Assembly: GCA_903842025.1 (NCBI GenBank)
Contig: CAIMKX010000048.1
Location: forward strand, 1-56,202
Source of the DNA: an uncultured bacterium
GTDB lineage: Bacteria > Patescibacteriota > Minisyncoccia > Phycocordibacterales > PALSA-1337
DNA length: 56,202 nucleotides
Direction: 5' to 3'
The translations under genes and the position numbers were made by a program. A model generated the notes under the pieces. The model saw only the letters and a program-made list of their open reading frames with translations, did not search any database and was not told the origin of the DNA. Of the stretch, positions 51,317-56,202 are shown piece by piece; position 1 is the stretch's first letter, and each line of letters starts with the position of its first letter.

Positions 51317-51544
51317 TTAAAAACGTCTTGTGATACGTGCCCGGCCTCCGTACTTGTCGATGTCAAGCTCGACCTTATCACCTATGAGAACGCGAATGTG
51401 ATTCATTCGCATCTTTCCGGCAAGATAGGCCAAAATGACTTCTTTGGTTTCGTCAAGCTCCACCCTAAACAGCGTATCCGGCAAAGCCTCTACGACGACG
51501 CCTAGTGCTGTATTTTTGGGTGTTTTGGAAGCTGAATCCATCAC
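51317..51544 (-). CDS. infA: Translation initiation factor IF-1
   Basis: 75 aa. S1-like ...[17 protein letters not shown]...[22 protein letters not shown]. Confidence 0.9.
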   Translation of the reverse strand: MMDSASKTPKNTALGVVVEALPDTLFRVELDETKEVILAYLAGKMRMNHIRVLIGDKVELDIDKYGGRARITRRF

Positions 51545-51623
51545 TTAAAAGGACGCTGTATGATAGTAGCAAACAAGGGCCATATAAGTCAATGGGCCAG
51601 TAGAGACGCGGCTAATCGCCTCT

Positions 51624-53087
51624 CTACGGTTCCTTGACTGTCACGGTAATCCGCCTCAAATCGGTCGGAATTTTGGCCCAAGGAGGAGCAAGCTCTCCGG
51701 AGCCTGACTCAATGACCGGACTGAATGATTTGAAGACCTCCTGAGTGCCGGCCAGGGAAATTCCCGCCAACTTTTGTCTGATATCCTCAACCGGCACCGT
51801 ACCAACGAGTTTCATCGTCCCCTTGACGTGCAAAACCAGAGTAACTTTCTTGCTCGGGGAAAAATCCTTGAGATTGGTGATGCTGACTTGCAGGGACTCC
51901 AAACCAGGATAGGTGAAGCCAAATTTGCCGAAAAGGGCCGTCGACTGGCTGCCGGCCAAGGCGTCGATAAGCTTATTTTGACGGAAGATGATGCCGTACA
52001 TGGTCGCCCGCTCCGCAACCGTGGCCGTGGAGGCACTGCCTCCGCCGATATCCGGTCCGAAAAATTGAACGGAATAATTGCTGTCGTACATTATGTAACC
52101 ATTCGGAATCTGCGTTTTGACCTGGGCCAAAAGAGCGGCCGTAAGGTTGGCTTTTAGAGAAGCGGTCGTCGAAGCGATCGTCGTCTGGCTGACGATTTTC
52201 TTGACGCCGCTAAATCCGCCGCTCACATTGGTGATCAAACGTCCATAAACGGATGACTCCTTGGCCGAATCCTTATAAGCAAGAATTCTGAAATCACCGG
52301 CATTGTCGGTCGTCAAAACATTGAAATTTTGTCCGGCCTGGTCGGCAATGATACCGGCCGCGACCTTGCCAGGAATGACCGTGCCTGATGGCTTGGTATA
52401 GCCGGGTATCACGACCGAGCTGGTTAGTTTATAGACGAGTCCGGAACTGGTGATCAATTTGGTTCCGGCGATAAGGCGTATCGGGGCGACGCTCCAGACA
52501 TTGTAAAGCGTCAGTTTGCCTGTCGCTTTGGTGTTTGTAATAGGACCATTGGTGGCAACCACGGTCGACGTGGCCGAGCTTTGGACGGTCACAATCTCGT
52601 ATGAGAGGGACGAGTCGCCAGTGTTGGCGCTGGCTACATAAGTGCCGTTGACTGAAACAGGGATGACTTTGGGAACGATCGTAAAAGTGGCCCGGGAATA
52701 ATAGACCGAAGCGACATATCCCGATCCGACGATGAAAACGATCAGCGCGACCAGAATAACGCTCCATTTTCCGATCTTTCGTTTTGGTGGACGGATGGTC
52801 GGAGGCGTCACCGGCATGTACTGGATGGCCGGAGCAATCTTGTCCGCGTAAATACCGTCATCAACCTCCTCGGCGGCTTCAGTCTCTATCCGAATCTTTG
52901 GTCCGGAGACGAGAGGCTTCTTTTTGACCTCAAAGTCCAAGGACTTTTTCTTGGTGATCTTGACGGGTGTCACATCAGAAACGATCGGCTTGCGGATCGA
53001 TCGATGATTGGCCGGAATAATGTCTTGAACTCGCCTTGGCATAGTTTGGAATATTCTATCACGAAATAAAATTAAGCGCGATCGCAT
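51624..53087 (-). CDS. Hypothetical single-pass membrane protein with a large beta-rich extracytoplasmic domain (487 aa)
   Basis: TM segment WSVILVALIVFIVGSGYVASVYY. 29-nt overlap with the upstream gene. Confidence 0.55.
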   Translation of the reverse strand: MRSRLILFRDRIFQTMPRRVQDIIPANHRSIRKPIVSDVTPVKITKKKSLDFEVKKKPLVSGPKIRIETEAAEEVDDGIYADKIAPAIQYMPVTPPTIRPPKRKIGKWSVILVALIVFIVGSGYVASVYYSRATFTIVPKVIPVSVNGTYVASANTGDSSLSYEIVTVQSSATSTVVATNGPITNTKATGKLTLYNVWSVAPIRLIAGTKLITSSGLVYKLTSSVVIPGYTKPSGTVIPGKVAAGIIADQAGQNFNVLTTDNAGDFRILAYKDSAKESSVYGRLITNVSGGFSGVKKIVSQTTIASTTASLKANLTAALLAQVKTQIPNGYIMYDSNYSVQFFGPDIGGGSASTATVAERATMYGIIFRQNKLIDALAGSQSTALFGKFGFTYPGLESLQVSITNLKDFSPSKKVTLVLHVKGTMKLVGTVPVEDIRQKLAGISLAGTQEVFKSFSPVIESGSGELAPPWAKIPTDLRRITVTVKEP

Positions 53088-54213
53088 AGAGGGCCGTCAG
53101 CCGGCGCCGGTCGACTTCCCGGTCAAATGTGACGATCGGCAATAGATCGTCGAGCGACAGCACCGTCGTCTTGACCTTGGGGTATCGCTTTTCCAGGGCT
53201 TTGGTGAAGCAATTGTCATAGGCTTTGGCCGAAAGGATGATGCTAAGCGGCGGCGCCATGTCGACACCGGCTTCGGAGAGCGACTTGCCGAGCTCGGCGA
53301 TCCATTCGCCTGATATGGTGTCGATCGTCGCGATGGCGCCCTTGCCGTGCGTTTCATCGAGGCCTTTGCCGGTGTAAAGCTCCAATAACGAATCGGCGGC
53401 CTTGAGGTCGTTGCCAGTCGCGGCGGCGATCTTCCTCACGAAGGTGCTGATGCCGAATGTCAAAGTGCCGAAGAATATGCAGTCTTCATTTTTGGTTATC
53501 GAGACGTCGGTTATCTCGCCGTGGACATGGACAAGGGCGTAGCATTCACCGCCCTGGCCGGCCCTGTCCACTGCGATATGTTGCAGAAGCAGTGAAGAGT
53601 GAAAAAAAATATTGTGATTATGGACAAAATGCGCGCATTTTTCCGTAAAGAATTCGATCATTCCCTTGCCAGCCAAGGAAACAGTGAAGGAGATGTCGAG
53701 CTTGCGTGTTTCTTTGCCTTCCCACTCGGATACCGAATAGCCGTTGAGGCGGACGTCGAAAATCTTCTCCTCGATTATTTTGACCGGCTCGGACGGCGTC
53801 TTGATGAGTTTGGAGCGTTCCTTTTCTATAAGAGAACGGATGTATTCAGCGGTGATCTTGGTGCTCTTTTCGAAAGACAAAGAGAGCTTTTTGGCTTGGG
53901 AAACTATCCATGGCGAGGAAAGCACATAGTGAACAGCGGTGATCTTTCCGGGGATCTTGGAGACTTTGGAATTGGCCCGGATATTCATGTATTGCTTGAC
54001 AGCTTCGATATTGTCATCGATGGCCTTCAAGGTCATGGAAATGAGAGATTTGGAATCGGTTTCAGCCTTGAAGAGCAGATCGGCATTGTAGGTGAAGAGG
54101 ATATGCGGCTTCTGGCCGGTTAGGCAAAGGTTGAGCGATGAGCGCACGGCCGAGCTTTGGATATCGAGAACAAGAAGGAGCTTTTGTTCGGCTTTTTTGG
54201 AGGAAAAGGACAT
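53059..54213 (-). CDS. Divergent actin-like ATPase fold protein (FtsA/PilM-like), tentative
   Basis: 384 aa. LLLVLDIQSSAVRS (phosphate-1-like) and ALVHVHGEITDVSI (degenerate phosphate-2-like). Confidence 0.4.
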   Translation of the reverse strand: MSFSSKKAEQKLLLVLDIQSSAVRSSLNLCLTGQKPHILFTYNADLLFKAETDSKSLISMTLKAIDDNIEAVKQYMNIRANSKVSKIPGKITAVHYVLSSPWIVSQAKKLSLSFEKSTKITAEYIRSLIEKERSKLIKTPSEPVKIIEEKIFDVRLNGYSVSEWEGKETRKLDISFTVSLAGKGMIEFFTEKCAHFVHNHNIFFHSSLLLQHIAVDRAGQGGECYALVHVHGEITDVSITKNEDCIFFGTLTFGISTFVRKIAAATGNDLKAADSLLELYTGKGLDETHGKGAIATIDTISGEWIAELGKSLSEAGVDMAPPLSIILSAKAYDNCFTKALEKRYPKVKTTVLSLDDLLPIVTFDREVDRRRLTALYAIALNFIS

Positions 54214-54227
54214 TGGGGTAATTATAC

Positions 54228-54313
54228 ACTAGGGACTAGTAATTAGGGACTAGGGACTAGTGAATCGCAACTTATGCGTTTCACTAGTCCCTAAAAACTA
54301 GTCCCTAGTCCCT
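54228..54313. repeat. tagggactag-family palindromic repeat, copy 3
   Basis: cactagggactagtaattagggactagggactagtgaa...tttcactagtccctaaaaactagtccctagtccct. The right arm contains the alaS stop and its last two codons. Confidence 0.85.
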
Positions 54314-56197
54314 TGCACTTAGAACAGCCTTAATCCTTCTAATTCCTTGTGCCACCGCTTCCTCTTTCACGATCTTAAACAGCCACTTCCCTTCCGGTCC
54401 GGCCAAGTCTTTGGTATTCGTCACGTGGGGTCCGCCGCAGAATTCCTTGGAATAGGCGGAATTCAAATTGTTTCCGACGAAATAGATGGAAATCTGATCG
54501 CCATATTTTTCCCCGAAGAAGTGCCTTGCCCCGGTCTTTTCCGCCTCCTCCCTATTCATGACAACTTTGTCTACGGGCAAAGCCGCAGCAATCTTTTCAT
54601 TGACGATCTCCTCAACTTTCTTCTTTTGTTCGTCAGTCATTTTCGTCGGATATGAGAAGTCGAAACGCAACCTCTCCGAGGTTATGTTCGAACCCTTCTG
54701 CCCCACGCCGTCGCCCAGTACATCGTGAAGCGCCTGATGCAGCAAGTGTGTCGCCGTATGATACCTCACAACCATCTCGTCATTGGCATCAGCCAAGCCA
54801 CCCTTGAATTTTTGCTCAGCACCGGAACGGGAGAGATCTTGATGTTTTTTGAATTCAGCCTCGAAACCTCTTTCGTCCACTTCAATTTTCCTTTCCTTGG
54901 CTAGCTCTCTGGTTATTTCCAAAGGAAACCCATAAGTGGAGAACAGAATAAACGCGTCTTTACCGCTTATCTTCTTCGATTCGGAACTTGCTGAAGCGAT
55001 CTTCTCGAACTCCCTGAGTCCCTGTTTGAGAGTTTTTCCAAATTGAAGCGCTTCATTATTGATGATCTCAGTTGCATTTTCACTCGATTGCTCAAGATTG
55101 TCGTAGGAGTCTTTATATGTATCCGAGATAATCTTCACAAAGGCCGCAATCTCCTCTTTCTTGATTGTCTTGTCTCTGATTGAAAAAATCGCTCGTCTGA
55201 TCAATTTTCGCAAGACATATCCTCTAAAAGAGTTTGAAGGAATTACGCCGTCAGCAATCAGAAATACGGCGGAACGCATGTGATCAGAAATTATCCGCTG
55301 TTTGCTTTTTTCTGAAGAGTTCATTGGGCCAGCTAAAGCCATGATCGAATTCAGCAAATCAGTCTCGTAAATATTATCCTTGCCCTGCATGACCATCGCC
55401 AACCTTTCCAAACCGGCGCCAGTATCGATGCACTTGTCTTTCAATTCTCCGACAATTTTTCCATCCCTTTTTTCGTACTGCATGAAGACGTCGTTCCAAA
55501 CTTCCACAACGTCACGAGCCTCATCAGCCGCCAAATATTCTTCTTTGGTAATAGGTCGGCCGCCGAATATATTCAATACATCATAAAACATTTCCGAATC
55601 AGGACCGCAAGGCCCATTGTCACCGGCTTCCCACCAGTTATTCTTGGCCGGCATATAGAATATCCTCCCTGCCTGACCTTTGGATGTATCGGTATCAGCA
55701 CCGATGACATTGTTTTTTTTGTCTTCTTTAAAGACTTTTCGCCAAATACCAACCGCTTCTTGATCACGAGGTGCTATTGAATCGCCCTCGAATACGGTTA
55801 CGTATAATCGATTCGGATCCAGGCCTAATCCTTTGTCTCCTTCGACCTCGGATTTTGAAGTCAGGAATTCATAACTCCACCTAATGGCCTCGTCTTTGAA
55901 ATAATCTCCCAGGGACCAATTGCCAAGCATTTCAAAAAAAGTGGCGTGGGTTTTATCACCGATGTCATCTATATCGACGGTGCGCAGACATTTCTGGACA
56001 TCAACCAATCTCGTGCCAAGCGGATGCGGTTTTCCAAGAAGAAAAGGGATCAACGGCTGCATTCCAGCGGAATTAAAGAGTGTCGGATTGGTTATGCCCC
56101 TTTCATCACTGGTCACAAGTGAAGCTGACGGAATGACGGCATGTCCCCTTTTTTGGAAAAATGCCAGGAATCGGGCGCGGATTTCGGAAAAGTTCAT
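54305..56197 (-). CDS. alaS: Alanyl-tRNA synthetase, short form (630 aa)
   Basis: FFQKRGHAVIPSASLV..., FFEMLGNWSLGDYFK, editing-domain HTATHLLHQAL and CGGPHV. Complete ORF, but about 250 aa shorter than the E. coli enzyme. Confidence 0.92.
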   Translation of the reverse strand: MNFSEIRARFLAFFQKRGHAVIPSASLVTSDERGITNPTLFNSAGMQPLIPFLLGKPHPLGTRLVDVQKCLRTVDIDDIGDKTHATFFEMLGNWSLGDYFKDEAIRWSYEFLTSKSEVEGDKGLGLDPNRLYVTVFEGDSIAPRDQEAVGIWRKVFKEDKKNNVIGADTDTSKGQAGRIFYMPAKNNWWEAGDNGPCGPDSEMFYDVLNIFGGRPITKEEYLAADEARDVVEVWNDVFMQYEKRDGKIVGELKDKCIDTGAGLERLAMVMQGKDNIYETDLLNSIMALAGPMNSSEKSKQRIISDHMRSAVFLIADGVIPSNSFRGYVLRKLIRRAIFSIRDKTIKKEEIAAFVKIISDTYKDSYDNLEQSSENATEIINNEALQFGKTLKQGLREFEKIASASSESKKISGKDAFILFSTYGFPLEITRELAKERKIEVDERGFEAEFKKHQDLSRSGAEQKFKGGLADANDEMVVRYHTATHLLHQALHDVLGDGVGQKGSNITSERLRFDFSYPTKMTDEQKKKVEEIVNEKIAAALPVDKVVMNREEAEKTGARHFFGEKYGDQISIYFVGNNLNSAYSKEFCGGPHVTNTKDLAGPEGKWLFKIVKEEAVAQGIRRIKAVLSARD

Positions 56198-56202
56198 GGG
56201 TC

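Overview
The window looks like a small-genome, Patescibacteria/CPR-like bacterium; that assignment is inference from gene content only. Most genes are on the minus strand.

Housekeeping blocks:
- tRNA-Glu and tRNA-Ser.
- Ribosomal genes rplI and rpmA, and an alpha-operon segment infA-rpmJ-rpsM-rpsK-rpsD-rpoA-rplQ-rplM-rpsI.
- Chaperones grpE, dnaK, dnaJ.
- murG-ftsW and scpA-scpB.
- gltX, trpS and a short alaS.

Metabolic and envelope clusters:
- An extracytoplasmic flavinylation cluster: FMN-binding protein, ApbE, and an RnfD-like/FNR-like fusion.
- A mannoside cluster: two GH130 phosphorylase-like genes (one a tandem double domain), a HAD-type phosphomannomutase-like gene and a cupin phosphomannose isomerase-like gene.
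- A type IV pilin-like gene, a D-Ala-D-Ala carboxypeptidase, an S41 protease, an M23 peptidase and a sphingomyelin-synthase-like PAP2_C membrane protein.

A visibly AT-richer accessory segment spans about 14.3-31.6 kb. It carries:
- A TrmB-like regulator.
- A Liv-type ABC transporter with an independently transcribed orphan gene inserted in it.
- Several orphan genes.
- A tight 3-gene operon ending in a minimal His/Cys (clan-CD caspase/legumain-like) protein.
- An integrated inovirus-like (filamentous-phage-like) module (about 24.86-31.1 kb): tyrosine integrase, HUH rolling-circle Rep, Zot/pI-like ATPase, a pIII-like secreted protein and a chain of ATGA-coupled mini membrane proteins, with a ~170-nt hairpin plus a degenerate tRNA-like element between them; a ~185-nt GC-rich structured RNA abuts the 3' end of the integrase gene.

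Intergenic DNA is unusually rich in repeat and hairpin families, some of them conserved between distant loci. No rRNA genes and no CRISPR array were seen. All functional calls rest on motifs read by eye, and no database search was possible.
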